Source: Spirochaetia bacterium (lineage in GTDB: Bacteria; Spirochaetota; Spirochaetia; SZUA-6; Bin103). Taken from it: 64,000 nucleotides of DNA. The notes beneath the pieces were generated by a model, which was not told the origin of the DNA, did not search any database, and worked only from the letters and a program-made list of their open reading frames with translations. Shown here piece by piece: positions 24,037-37,497 of the stretch. The stretch covers positions 7,392,001 to 7,456,000 of the forward strand of contig CBDBDQ010000005.1 in assembly GCA_965203905.1 (NCBI GenBank), in the 5' to 3' direction. A program made the position numbers and the translations under genes. The first letter of the stretch is position 1; each line of letters begins with the position of its first letter.

Positions 24037-24507
24037 CTACCAGCGATAGTGCGCGAATGCCTTGTTCGCCTCGGCCATGCGGTGGGTATCCTCTTTCTTC
24101 TTGACCGCGGCGCCGGTCTCGTTGAACGCGTCCATCAACTCGGCGCCCAGGCTGGCCGTCATGGCGCGTCCGCGACGCTGCTTCGCGTACTGGATCAGCC
24201 AGCGGATCGCGAGCGCGTCCCGGCGTGCTTCGCGCACCTCCACCGGCACCTGGTAGGTGGACCCGCCGACCCGGCGGGACTTGACCTCGAGCATCGGCTT
24301 CACGTTGTCGACGGCCTTCAGGAATACCTCCAGCGGATCACGGCCCATACGCTGCTCGATGATGTCAAACGACCGGTACAGAGACCGGGTCGCGGTCGAA
24401 CGCTTGCCACGGCTCATCATGGCGTTGATGAACTTTCCCACCGTCACGTTGCGGTATTTCGGATCCACCGGATCCGGACGTTTTCTGGTATTGCCCCGGC
24501 GCGGCAT
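24037..24507 (-). CDS. rpsG: 30S ribosomal protein S7
   Basis: [27 protein letters not shown]. Confidence 0.98.
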   Translation of the reverse strand: MPRRGNTRKRPDPVDPKYRNVTVGKFINAMMSRGKRSTATRSLYRSFDIIEQRMGRDPLEVFLKAVDNVKPMLEVKSRRVGGSTYQVPVEVREARRDALAIRWLIQYAKQRRGRAMTASLGAELMDAFNETGAAVKKKEDTHRMAEANKAFAHYRW

Positions 24508-24521
24508 CTGACTTGGCTCCG

Positions 24522-24896
24522 CTAGACCTTGGGCCGCTTGGTACCGTACTTGGAACGCCCCTTGCGACGCTCCTCGACCCCCAGCGTGTCCTTGGTGCCA
24601 CGCACCACGTGGTAGCGCACACCCGCCAGGTCCTTCACCCGCCCGCCGCGGATCAGCACCACCGAGTGCTCCTGCAGAGTGTGTCCGATGCCCGGGATGT
24701 AGGCGTTGACCTCCACGTTGTTGGACAGCCTCACGCGCGCCACCTTGCGCAGTGCCGAGTTGGGCTTGCGCGGCGTGATCGTGCGCACCTGGGTACAGAC
24801 CCCGCGCTTCTGCGGGCAGGCCTGCAGTGCCGGTGACTTGGATTTGTTTCGCGGCCGCTTGCGGCCCTTGCGGATAAGCTGGTTGATGGTCGGCAT
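24522..24896 (-). CDS. rpsL: 30S ribosomal protein S12
   Basis: [31 protein letters not shown]. Confidence 0.98.
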   Translation of the reverse strand: MPTINQLIRKGRKRPRNKSKSPALQACPQKRGVCTQVRTITPRKPNSALRKVARVRLSNNVEVNAYIPGIGHTLQEHSVVLIRGGRVKDLAGVRYHVVRGTKDTLGVEERRKGRSKYGTKRPKV

Positions 24897-25100
24897 CTCC
24901 TCTCTCCTACCTGCTCCGGCGCCGCTACGGCTGTGCCAACCTCATACGGGCAGCACAAATACCCGGTCCCACCCTCGGCGTCACGGGGCGATCATCTGAC
25001 TACCTCGGTACCCTGGCGTTCGGGATGCCCTCTTGTCGGGACAGGGCGTAGCGACGGCGCACCAACGCCCCAACGGTCCGAGAGCGAAAGTGCGGGACTC

Positions 25101-25129
25101 AAGTTAGTTGAGCGCGACGAAAAGGTCAA
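25101..25129 (-). promoter_or_regulatory. Putative sigma70 promoter of the str/S10 operon
   Basis: TTGACC-17 nt-TAACTT in the rpoC-rpsL spacer. Confidence 0.65.
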
Positions 25130-25209
25130 CCCCGAAGTGCACCGCGCCGGCGGCGGCCGCCGCGCTGCGCCGCCGCCGAATCCCTGCGCAACCGGCGAGG
25201 CCCGCGGCG

Positions 25210-29586
<4,377 letters not shown>

Positions 29587-29595
29587 GCCACCGTC

Positions 29596-32500
29596 CTAAA
29601 ACCTTGCTCCCTGGCGGCTGATCAGTTCCTCATCGCGCTCGGTGAGAGGGATCAGCTTGCCACGCGAATCGTAGATCGAGATGTCCAGCGTCAGCCCGCG
29701 CAGCTCCTGCACCAGCACGTTGAACGACTCGGGTACGCCGGAGGGCTGGAATGCCTCCCCCTTCACAATGCTCTCGTAGATCTTGGCCCGCCCCGTCATG
29801 TCGTCCGACTTTACCGTGAGCAGCTCCTGCAGGGTGTTGGCGGCGCCGTAGGCTTCCAGCGCCCACACCTCCATTTCACCCAGCCGCTGGCCGCCGAACT
29901 GGGCCTTGCCACCCAGAGGCTGCTGGGTAACCAGGGAATAGGGACCGGTGGAGCGGGAGTGCATCTTGTCGTCCACCAGGTGCAGCAGCTTCATCATGTA
30001 GATCACGCCCACCGTCACCGGGTTCTCGAACGCCTCGCCGGTCAGACCATCGTGCAACGTGATCTTGGAGGTCTCGGGCAACCCGGCCTCGCGCAGCTTG
30101 TCGGCGATCATCTCGTTGGTGGCTGACTGGAACACCGGGGTGGCGTACCACTCGTGGAGCCGCTCCGCGGCCCAGCCCAGCTCGGTCTCCATGATCTGCC
30201 CCAGGTTCATGCGCGACGGCACACCGAGGGGATTGAGCACGATGTCCACCGGGGTACCGTCAGCCATGAACGGCATGTCTTCCTCGGGGAGGATGCGCGC
30301 GATCACCCCCTTGTTGCCGTGGCGGCCGGCCATCTTGTCGCCCTCCTGCAGCTTGCGCTTGGTGGCGACCAGCACCTTGACCACTTCCTCCACCCCGGGG
30401 TTGAGCTCGTCACCGTCCACGCGCCGCAGGCGCTGCACGTCGATCACGGTCCCCTCCACCCCGTGCGGCACGCGCAGCGAGGTGTCCCGCACCTCTTTCG
30501 CTTTCTCGCCGAAGATGGAGTTCAGCAGCTTGAATTCCGGGGTGGAATCGGTCTCGCTCTTGGGCGTCACCTTGCCCACCAGGATGGCGGAATCGGGCAC
30601 GTGCGCACCGATGCGCACCACTCCCTCCTCGTCGAGCTGGTCGAACGCCTGCTCGCTGGTGTTGGGAATGTCGCGGGTGATCTTTTCCGGCCCCAGCTTG
30701 GTCTCGCGGACGTCGACCGAGAACTCCTTGATGTGGATGGACGTGAAGATGTCCTCCTTGATCACCTTGGAGGAGATCAGGATCGCGTCCTCGTAGTTGT
30801 AGCCGTTCCACGGCATGAAGGCGACGATCACGTTGCGCCCGAGCGCCAGCTCGCCCTTGAAGGTGGCGGGACCGTCGGCGAGTACGTCGCCGGCCGCCAC
30901 GCTCTGGCCTACCTGGACGATCGGCTTCTGCGAGAAGCAGGTGTCCTGATTGGTGCGCTGGTACTTGACCAGGTCGTAGACGTCGCTGCCGTCCTCGAAA
31001 CGCGACTGGCCGCTGCGCCCGGCGCTGCCGTTGCCGTTGACCTGGTCCGGCCTGATACGCACCTGGCGACTGGTCACGTGCACCACCTTGCCGGCTCTCT
31101 CGGCCAGCACCAGCACCCCCGAGTCGTAGGCGGTCTTGCCCTCCATGCCGGTTCCCACCCGCGGCGGCTCCGGCTGAATGAGCGGCACCGCCTGGCGCTG
31201 CATGTTGGACCCCATCAGCGCACGGTTGGCGTCGTCGTGCTCCAGGAACGGAATCAGCGACGCCGACACCGAGATGATCTGCTTCGGTGACACGTCCATG
31301 TACTGGATCGACTCGGGGCCGGCCGCGATGTAGTCGCCGCCCTTGCGTACGGCCATCAGGTGGTCGGGCAGCTTGCCGCTGGTGTCGACCGTGGCTCCCG
31401 CCTGGGCGATGAAGAACTTCTCTTCCTCGATTGCCGACAGGTACTCGATCTTGCGGGTGACCGCACCGTTCTCCACCTTGCGGTAGGGGGTCTCCAGGAA
31501 ACCGTACTCATTGACGGTGGTGTAGTTTGCCAGCGAGACGATCAGGCCGATATTGGGGCCCTCCGGGGTCTCGATCGGACACATGCGCCCGTAGTGCGTG
31601 TAGTGTACGTCACGCACCTCGAATCCGGCGCGGTCCCGCGACAGCCCGCCGGGACCGAGGGCGTTCAGCCGCCGCTTGTGGGTCAGCTCGGCCAGCGGGT
31701 TGACCTGATCCATGAACTGGGACAGCTGGCTGGAGCCGAAGAACTCCTTGATGGTGGCCACGATCGGCTTGATGGAGATCAGGTCCTGCGGGCGTATCGT
31801 ATCCGCCTCCTTCAGCGACATGCGCTCCTTGGCGATACGCTCCATCCGGGTGAATGCCACCTTCAGGTGGTTGGTCAGCAACTCGCCCACCGAGCGCACG
31901 CGCCGGTTGCCCAGGTGGTCGATGTCGTCGATGTTGCCTTCGCCGATGAACACCCGCACCAGGAAGGTCATCGTGGCGACGATGTCATCCGGCGTCAGCG
32001 TGTGACTCTCCTTGGGCTCCGGGTAGTCGAACTTCTTGTTCAGCTTGTAGCGGCCTACCCGCCCCAGGTCGTACCTGCGGGGCGAAAAGAACATGCTGTG
32101 CAGGTCTTTTTCGGCGCTCTCGATGGTGATCGGCTCACCCGGCTTGATCACCGCGTAGACGCGCGCTATCGCCTCCTCCTTGGACAGCTCATCGCGTTCG
32201 CTGTCATCCTTGATCAGCTTGATCTCTTCGCGTTCGAAGCAGTTCAGGATGATCTGACTGTGCAGCGACTGGGGATGATCGAGATCGATGATCTCGACCG
32301 TGCGAATCCCCGAATGGAGCAGCTCCTCGACATCGTGGGGATGAATCTTCTCACCCGCCCGGTACAGCTTCTTCTGCACCTCGCCGTCGCTGCGGTACAC
32401 CGCCTTGGAAAACACGCTGCCGATGAGAGCTTCCTTGGCTTCCCCCGAATCGTCGATGGTGATCGACTTGGTCTGATAGAACAGCTCGATGATGCGCTCC

Positions 32501-33144
32501 CGGCTGTCGAACCCGAGGGCCCGCAGAAAGATCGTCGCCAGCAGCCGCTTCTTGCGATCTATCTTGGCGAATATCAGTTCGTTCTTCTGATCTACCTCGA
32601 ACTCGAGCCAGGAGCCGCGATACGGAATGATACGAGAGGTGTATGCCCCCTTCTCATGCGAGAAGATGACCCCCGGGGAGCGATGGATCTGACTCACCAC
32701 TACCCGTTCGGCACCGTTGATGATGAAGGTGCCGCGCCCGGTCATGAGCGGGATGTCGCCCATGTAGATCTCTTTCTGACGAATCTCCCCGGTGCCCCAG
32801 AAAACCAGATTGATCTTTGCCTTGAGCGGGATGACGTAGGAAAGGCCCTTGTTCTTGCACTCCTGCTCGGTGAGCTTGATTCCGGATTCGTCGAGGTTGT
32901 AGCCGACGTACTCCAGCACCATGTCCCCGTTGGGACTCTCGATCGGGAATATCTCCTGGAACACCTCCTCGAGTCCCTGGAGGGCAGGCTCCTGCCCGAC
33001 CGCCAGCACCAGCCGCTGCAGAAAGCGCTCGTAGGAGGAAAGCTGGATATCGACCAGGTTGGGCATGGCGATGACGTCGTCGCGTCCGCGCCCGAGAAAC
33101 GTGCGCGCAATGCGCGTCGCAGCCATCGTGCTCGCAACATTCAT
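29596..33144 (-). CDS. rpoB: RNA polymerase subunit beta
   Basis: [28 protein letters not shown]; start at 33144 or 33126. Confidence 0.98.
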   Translation of the reverse strand: MNVASTMAATRIARTFLGRGRDDVIAMPNLVDIQLSSYERFLQRLVLAVGQEPALQGLEEVFQEIFPIESPNGDMVLEYVGYNLDESGIKLTEQECKNKGLSYVIPLKAKINLVFWGTGEIRQKEIYMGDIPLMTGRGTFIINGAERVVVSQIHRSPGVIFSHEKGAYTSRIIPYRGSWLEFEVDQKNELIFAKIDRKKRLLATIFLRALGFDSRERIIELFYQTKSITIDDSGEAKEALIGSVFSKAVYRSDGEVQKKLYRAGEKIHPHDVEELLHSGIRTVEIIDLDHPQSLHSQIILNCFEREEIKLIKDDSERDELSKEEAIARVYAVIKPGEPITIESAEKDLHSMFFSPRRYDLGRVGRYKLNKKFDYPEPKESHTLTPDDIVATMTFLVRVFIGEGNIDDIDHLGNRRVRSVGELLTNHLKVAFTRMERIAKERMSLKEADTIRPQDLISIKPIVATIKEFFGSSQLSQFMDQVNPLAELTHKRRLNALGPGGLSRDRAGFEVRDVHYTHYGRMCPIETPEGPNIGLIVSLANYTTVNEYGFLETPYRKVENGAVTRKIEYLSAIEEEKFFIAQAGATVDTSGKLPDHLMAVRKGGDYIAAGPESIQYMDVSPKQIISVSASLIPFLEHDDANRALMGSNMQRQAVPLIQPEPPRVGTGMEGKTAYDSGVLVLAERAGKVVHVTSRQVRIRPDQVNGNGSAGRSGQSRFEDGSDVYDLVKYQRTNQDTCFSQKPIVQVGQSVAAGDVLADGPATFKGELALGRNVIVAFMPWNGYNYEDAILISSKVIKEDIFTSIHIKEFSVDVRETKLGPEKITRDIPNTSEQAFDQLDEEGVVRIGAHVPDSAILVGKVTPKSETDSTPEFKLLNSIFGEKAKEVRDTSLRVPHGVEGTVIDVQRLRRVDGDELNPGVEEVVKVLVATKRKLQEGDKMAGRHGNKGVIARILPEEDMPFMADGTPVDIVLNPLGVPSRMNLGQIMETELGWAAERLHEWYATPVFQSATNEMIADKLREAGLPETSKITLHDGLTGEAFENPVTVGVIYMMKLLHLVDDKMHSRSTGPYSLVTQQPLGGKAQFGGQRLGEMEVWALEAYGAANTLQELLTVKSDDMTGRAKIYESIVKGEAFQPSGVPESFNVLVQELRGLTLDISIYDSRGKLIPLTERDEELISRQGARF

Positions 33145-33296
33145 CGTGCTTGTGTGACTCCTGGATATAGGTGTCCAGTGCCGCCGGTAACGACCTGCCG
33201 GTGAAGTGAGACACCACAGCCGCAGTGCGGCTGCAACTGGGATACGGAGCCGGCGAAGGGGCATCGCCGGCACAGGTAGAAGCGCTTGGTAGCCGT

Positions 33297-33686
33297 TTAC
33301 TGGACCTCGACGGTGCCGCCGGCGGTCTCCAACTGGTCTTTCAGTTTTTCCGCTTCCTCCTTGGAAACAGCTTCCTTGATCGGTCTGTCCTGAGTCTCCA
33401 CGAGCTGCTTGGCCTCCTTGAGACCCAGGCCCGTGATTGCCCGCACTTCTTTGATGATGGGGATCTTCTTGCCGGCATCGAAGCCCTTCAGCAGCACCGT
33501 GAACTCGGTTTGCTCTTCCTCTTCCTCGGCGGCGTCGGCGCCGGCGGCGGGGGCAGCCGCTACTGCTACGGGAGCCGCGGCGCTCACCCCGAACTTGTCT
33601 TCGAACGCCTTCACCAGCTCCGAGACCTCAAGCACGCTCATGCTCGAAATCGCGTCGATTATCTGCTCAGTGGAAAGTGCAGCCAT
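33297..33686 (-). CDS. rplL: 50S ribosomal protein L7/L12
   Basis: [11 protein letters not shown] hinge, [16 protein letters not shown]. Confidence 0.98.
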   Translation of the reverse strand: MAALSTEQIIDAISSMSVLEVSELVKAFEDKFGVSAAAPVAVAAAPAAGADAAEEEEEQTEFTVLLKGFDAGKKIPIIKEVRAITGLGLKEAKQLVETQDRPIKEAVSKEEAEKLKDQLETAGGTVEVQ

Positions 33687-33722
33687 CTGTTGTCTCTCCT
33701 ATGTCTCCTTGTGAATTGGTGT

Positions 33723-34277
33723 CTAACCTGTTTCGTCTTGGTTCGCTTTCGTCTGTTCGGCCTTCTGGTCGGCGACCGCCTGCAGGACCCGTGCCACCCG
33801 TTCCACCGCTGCGCGCAGGACGTAGGCGAGACCGCGCACGGGGCCGTTCATGGCGCCCATCAGCAGCGCCAGGAGCTGGTCGCGGCTCGGCAGCCGTGAC
33901 AGCGCCACCACCTCCTGCGGGCCGATCGCCTTGCCGTCGACATATCCGCCCTTCACCTTGACCGGCGCGTTGCGACCGAAGTCCAGCAGCGCCTTGGAGA
34001 CCGCGGCCACGTCGTCGCGTACCAGTGCCAGCGCCGTGGGTCCGGTCAGGTACTCGTCGGTTCCCTCACGCCCCAGCTGTTGCAACGCAATCTTGGTATA
34101 CCGGTTCTTGACCACCGAGTAGCGCGCGCTGCTGGCGCGCAGCAGACCGCGCAACTCCGTAATCTGGCTGACCGACAGGCCGCGGAAGTCGGAGAAATAG
34201 ACATTCGGATACTCCTCCAGCGCCGCCTTCAGCGCCGCCACCTGGTCGATCTTGTACTGTTGCACGCCCTCAGCCAT
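33723..34277 (-). CDS. rplJ: 50S ribosomal protein L10
   Basis: DFRGLSV..ITELR, VVKN, LTGPTA, LPSR; ATG 34277 overlaps rplA end. Confidence 0.96.
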   Translation of the reverse strand: MAEGVQQYKIDQVAALKAALEEYPNVYFSDFRGLSVSQITELRGLLRASSARYSVVKNRYTKIALQQLGREGTDEYLTGPTALALVRDDVAAVSKALLDFGRNAPVKVKGGYVDGKAIGPQEVVALSRLPSRDQLLALLMGAMNGPVRGLAYVLRAAVERVARVLQAVADQKAEQTKANQDETG

Positions 34278-34956
34278 GGGCCACCGATTCCTGCTCCACC
34301 CTGATGCCGGGTCCCATGGTCGAGCTGACGGCCACGGAGGCGATGAATTCTCCCTTGAGGTCGGGCGGCCGGCGCTTGCCGATCTCGTCGAGGAGCGCGG
34401 AAACGTTCTCACCGACCGGCTCCGGGTCCATCGACGCCTTGCCGACCGCCATGTGCACCACGCCGGTCTTGTCGGCGCGGAACTCCACCCGCCCGCGCTT
34501 GAGCTCCGCGATCGCGGCGCTCAGATCATTGGTAACGGTACGCGTCTTCGGGTTGGGCATCAGCCCTCTGCGGCCGAGCACCGGTCCCAACCTGCCGACG
34601 TGGCGCATCATGTCCGGCGTGGCCACGGCCACGTCGAAGTCCAGCCAGCCGCCGCGGATCTTTTCGACCAGATCCTCCGCGCCGACGTGAGCGGCCCCGG
34701 CGGCCTGCGCCTCTTGCGCCTTCTCATCGCGGGCGAACACCAGGATCCGCTGCTCCGCCTGAAACCCGTGCGGCAGCACGGTGGTGTCACGCACCGTCTG
34801 GTTGCCCTTGATGTTGAGCTTGACATGGCACTCCACGGTCTCGTCGAAGTTCGCGGAAGAGTTGCTCTTGACCATGGCGAGGGCTTCCGCGAGGGGATAG
34901 CTGCGGGCGCGGTCCAGCCGCTCCGCGGCCGCCCGGTAGCGCTTGCTGCGTGGCAT
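34270..34956 (-). CDS. rplA: 50S ribosomal protein L1
   Basis: [28 protein letters not shown]. Confidence 0.98.
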   Translation of the reverse strand: MPRSKRYRAAAERLDRARSYPLAEALAMVKSNSSANFDETVECHVKLNIKGNQTVRDTTVLPHGFQAEQRILVFARDEKAQEAQAAGAAHVGAEDLVEKIRGGWLDFDVAVATPDMMRHVGRLGPVLGRRGLMPNPKTRTVTNDLSAAIAELKRGRVEFRADKTGVVHMAVGKASMDPEPVGENVSALLDEIGKRRPPDLKGEFIASVAVSSTMGPGIRVEQESVAHG

Positions 34957-34961
34957 CTGCT

Positions 34962-35393
34962 TCAGTCCTCCACCGTTACGCCCATGCTGCGGGCAGTGCC
35001 GGCTATCACCTTGGACGCCGCCTGCAGATCATTGGCGTTGAGATCCTGCATCTTGCGGGTCGCGATTTCCTCGAGCGCGGCACGACTGATGACGCCGACC
35101 TTGGTGCGGTTCGATTCCGGCGATCCCTTGTCGAGACCGATCGCCTTCTTGATCAGCACCGCGGCCGGCGGCGTCTTGATCTCGAAGCTGAAGGTACGGT
35201 CGGCGAAGACCGTAATCACGACCGGGACCGTCAGGCCCGGCTCCTCGCTCTTGGTGCGGTCGTTGAACTGCTGCACGAATTGCGGCGCGCTCACACCGTG
35301 TGGACCCAGTGCCGGTCCCACCGGCGGTGCCGGCGTCGCCTGCCCCGCGGGCACCTGCAACTTGATGACTGCGTTGACGCGTTTCTTGGCCAT
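34962..35393 (-). CDS. rplK: 50S ribosomal protein L11
   Basis: [24 protein letters not shown]; ATG 35393. Confidence 0.98.
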   Translation of the reverse strand: MAKKRVNAVIKLQVPAGQATPAPPVGPALGPHGVSAPQFVQQFNDRTKSEEPGLTVPVVITVFADRTFSFEIKTPPAAVLIKKAIGLDKGSPESNRTKVGVISRAALEEIATRKMQDLNANDLQAASKVIAGTARSMGVTVED

Positions 35394-35406
35394 GCTTGCT
35401 CCTGAC

Positions 35407-35961
35407 TTACACCTTCTCCACCTGGAGAAAGTCCAGCTCCACCGGCGTCGAGCGGCCAAAGATGCCCACCGACACCCGCAGCTTGCCCTTCTCCAGGTTG
35501 ACTTCCTCTACGGTACCGGTAAAGGAGTCGAACGGGCCGTCGACGATGCGCACCGACTCGCCGAGCGAGAAGGACTGCCGCGGCCGCATCATGCGATCGG
35601 TCTTGATGGCGCCCGACTTCTGCAGTATCGAACGCACCTCGTCACCGGAAATCGGCTGCGGCTTGCGGCCGGTCTGTGCTCCCACGAAGGCCGTCACTCC
35701 CTGAATCCGGCGGATCGAGGAGGTCAGCTCCTTCCAGCGCGCGTCGCCCAGATCCATCTCCAGGAGAATGTAGCCGGGCAGGAACTTCTTGGAGGTGACG
35801 CGCTTCTTGCCGTCCCTGACCTCGACCACCTCTTCCTGGGGCACCTTGACGTCGAACAGCTGCTCCTTGAACTCCTGGCTCTCCATGAGGCGAGTCAGGT
35901 GCTTCTGCACCTTGTTCTCGTAACCTGAATAGGTGTGAACTACGTACCAGCCTTTCGCCAT
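35407..35961 (-). CDS. nusG: Transcription termination/antitermination factor NusG
   Basis: [22 protein letters not shown] motif [15 protein letters not shown]. Confidence 0.98.
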   Translation of the reverse strand: MAKGWYVVHTYSGYENKVQKHLTRLMESQEFKEQLFDVKVPQEEVVEVRDGKKRVTSKKFLPGYILLEMDLGDARWKELTSSIRRIQGVTAFVGAQTGRKPQPISGDEVRSILQKSGAIKTDRMMRPRQSFSLGESVRIVDGPFDSFTGTVEEVNLEKGKLRVSVGIFGRSTPVELDFLQVEKV

Positions 35962-36006
35962 TTCGTGCTCGTCGGGTTACCTCAACCTGCGTCGCGTACC
36001 GGTCTT

Positions 36007-36186
36007 CTAAAAGATGAAATCGATGGCCTGGAAGAAAACGAAGTCGACGATTCCCAGAGCCAGAGCGATCAGGGCGACCGATATCAGTACTATCCTGGTT
36101 GAGTTTCCAACCTCCTCACGACTCGGCCACGACACCTTGCGCAACTCGGCATAGCTCTCGCGAAAAAACTGAACGATGCGCTTCAC
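36007..36186 (-). CDS. secE: Preprotein translocase subunit SecE
   Basis: Manual translation MKRIVQFFRESYAELRKVSWPSREEV plus one TM helix, 59 aa; not in ORF track. Confidence 0.93.
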   Translation of the reverse strand: MKRIVQFFRESYAELRKVSWPSREEVGNSTRIVLISVALIALALGIVDFVFFQAIDFIF

Positions 36187-36240
36187 AGCCCCTCACACGC
36201 TCGCATTTTTGCTTCCGCACCTACCTGCCGACAGGCGCTC

Positions 36241-36314
36241 CAGGCCAGGCAGGATTCGAACCTGCAACATCCGGTTTTGGAGACCGGCGCTCTGCCAATT
36301 GGAGCTACTGGCCT
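36241..36314 (-). tRNA. tRNA-Trp (CCA)
   Basis: Cloverleaf AGGCCAG..CTGGCCT, anticodon arm CCGGT-CTCCAAA-ACCGG, T-loop TTCGAAT; 3' CCA not encoded. Confidence 0.95.
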
Positions 36315-36459
36315 TTGCTGCTCCAGCCGCCCACCGTCAGCAGGCGCCGGACTACCACCCGCGGCGGACCAGCCCCGCGACGGACCGGTCGCCAGCGTAC
36401 ACCCGAGCCCGGTGCGTCCTGTCCCCGGCGCAACCAACGATCGCGCCGCCCGGGAGGCC

Positions 36460-36651
36460 CTACTTGACCCGGCCCTCCCGATGCCGCGCATGGGTGCGAC
36501 AACGCGGACAGTACTTCATCAGTTCCAGCTTTCCCTGCACCGTGCGGCGGTTCTTGGGAGTCGTGTAATTGCGCACACGGATTCCATTGGTTGCCTCGGA
36601 GCACGGCACACACTCCAACGACACCAACTCGACAACTTTCGCCTTGGCCAT
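36460..36651 (-). CDS. rpmG: 50S ribosomal protein L33 (C+ form)
   Basis: LECVPC..RNYTT.KN..KLELMKYCPRCRTH..H.E; ATG 36651. Confidence 0.95.
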   Translation of the reverse strand: MAKAKVVELVSLECVPCSEATNGIRVRNYTTPKNRRTVQGKLELMKYCPRCRTHARHREGRVK

Positions 36652-36713
36652 CCTACGGAGATCTCCACCTCTTGTCGGAAGCGAGAATATAGACCCCTGA
36701 TCAAGAAAAGACA

Positions 36714-36786
36714 AGCCCCCGACCGGACTTGAACCGGTGACCCCCACCTTACCATGGTGGTGCTCTGCCAACTGAGCTACAGAGGC
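36714..36786 (-). tRNA. tRNA-Thr (GGT)
   Basis: GCCTCTG acceptor, CCACC-ATGGTAA-GGTGG anticodon arm, TTCAAGT T-loop; 3' CCA not encoded. Confidence 0.95.
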
Positions 36787-36824
36787 CGGACATACTCAGA
36801 AGCCACCGCAAGCGGACCGACCCA

Positions 36825-36853
36825 GCAGCGGATCAACCCGGCAGCGGATCAAC
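36825..36853. repeat. Direct repeat GCAGCGGATCAAC x2, 16-nt period
   Basis: Exact copies at 36825-36837 and 36841-36853; degenerate third copy near 36808. Confidence 0.7.
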
Positions 36854-36900
36854 GGCCCCTTCCCTCCAGGAGCGGCGCCGCATGGCTCCTCCAGTGAGGC

Positions 36901-36930
36901 AAGCTACTCAGCCTCCCACCGCCGTGTCAA
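36901..36930 (-). promoter_or_regulatory. Putative sigma70 promoter heading the tRNA-Thr-rpmG-secE-nusG-rplKAJL-rpoBC unit
   Basis: TTGACA-18 nt-TAGCTT, overlapping the rsmD 3' end. Confidence 0.6.
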
Positions 36931-37492
36931 CGGTACCCCGGACAACACGTTCGAAGATGCACACCGCGGAACCGCCGTAGCGGCGGCGCTCGAGGCAGGC
37001 GAATCCCGGTGCGCCCGGCAGCGCCTCCTGAACCGGCAGGTGGAGCAGCACCAGGGCGCGGTCGCGCAGCAGGGCGCCGTCACCCAGCGCCGCCAGCAGT
37101 TCCGCCTTGTAGCGATAGCCAAACGGCGGATCGACGAAGGCCAGATCCCACCCGCCACCGGCGGCGCGACGCGCTCGGGCAAGGAAGCGTTCGCAGGGTG
37201 AGATGTGGATACGCACTGCCGCACTCACGAAGCTGGTGTTGCGCCGCAAGCAGGTGCGCTTGCGCGGGTCTCGCTCCACCAGTGTGACGCTGGCTGCTCC
37301 CCGCGACGCCGCCTCCACCGCCACGCTGCCGGAGCCGCTGAACAGGTCCAGGAAGTGCGCCCCCTCCATGACCACACCACGCGCCGCCAGCACGTTGAAC
37401 AGCGCCTCGCGCATCCGGTCGGTGGTCGGGCGCACCGGGGGCGGCGGGACCTCCAGGCGCCGGCCACGATAGCGGCCACCGGTAACGCGCAT
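36908..37492 (-). CDS. rsmD: 16S rRNA m2G966 methyltransferase RsmD
   Basis: MRVTGG..RGR.L, RPTTDRMREALFN, LDLFSGSG, DPPF. Confidence 0.93.
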   Translation of the reverse strand: MRVTGGRYRGRRLEVPPPPVRPTTDRMREALFNVLAARGVVMEGAHFLDLFSGSGSVAVEAASRGAASVTLVERDPRKRTCLRRNTSFVSAAVRIHISPCERFLARARRAAGGGWDLAFVDPPFGYRYKAELLAALGDGALLRDRALVLLHLPVQEALPGAPGFACLERRRYGGSAVCIFERVVRGTVDTAVGG

Positions 37493-37497
37493 GCCGG

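Noticed and set aside
36800-36860. Short direct repeats as a possible mini-CRISPR array
   Set aside because: 13-nt unit with a 3-nt gap, only 2-3 copies, and no cas genes
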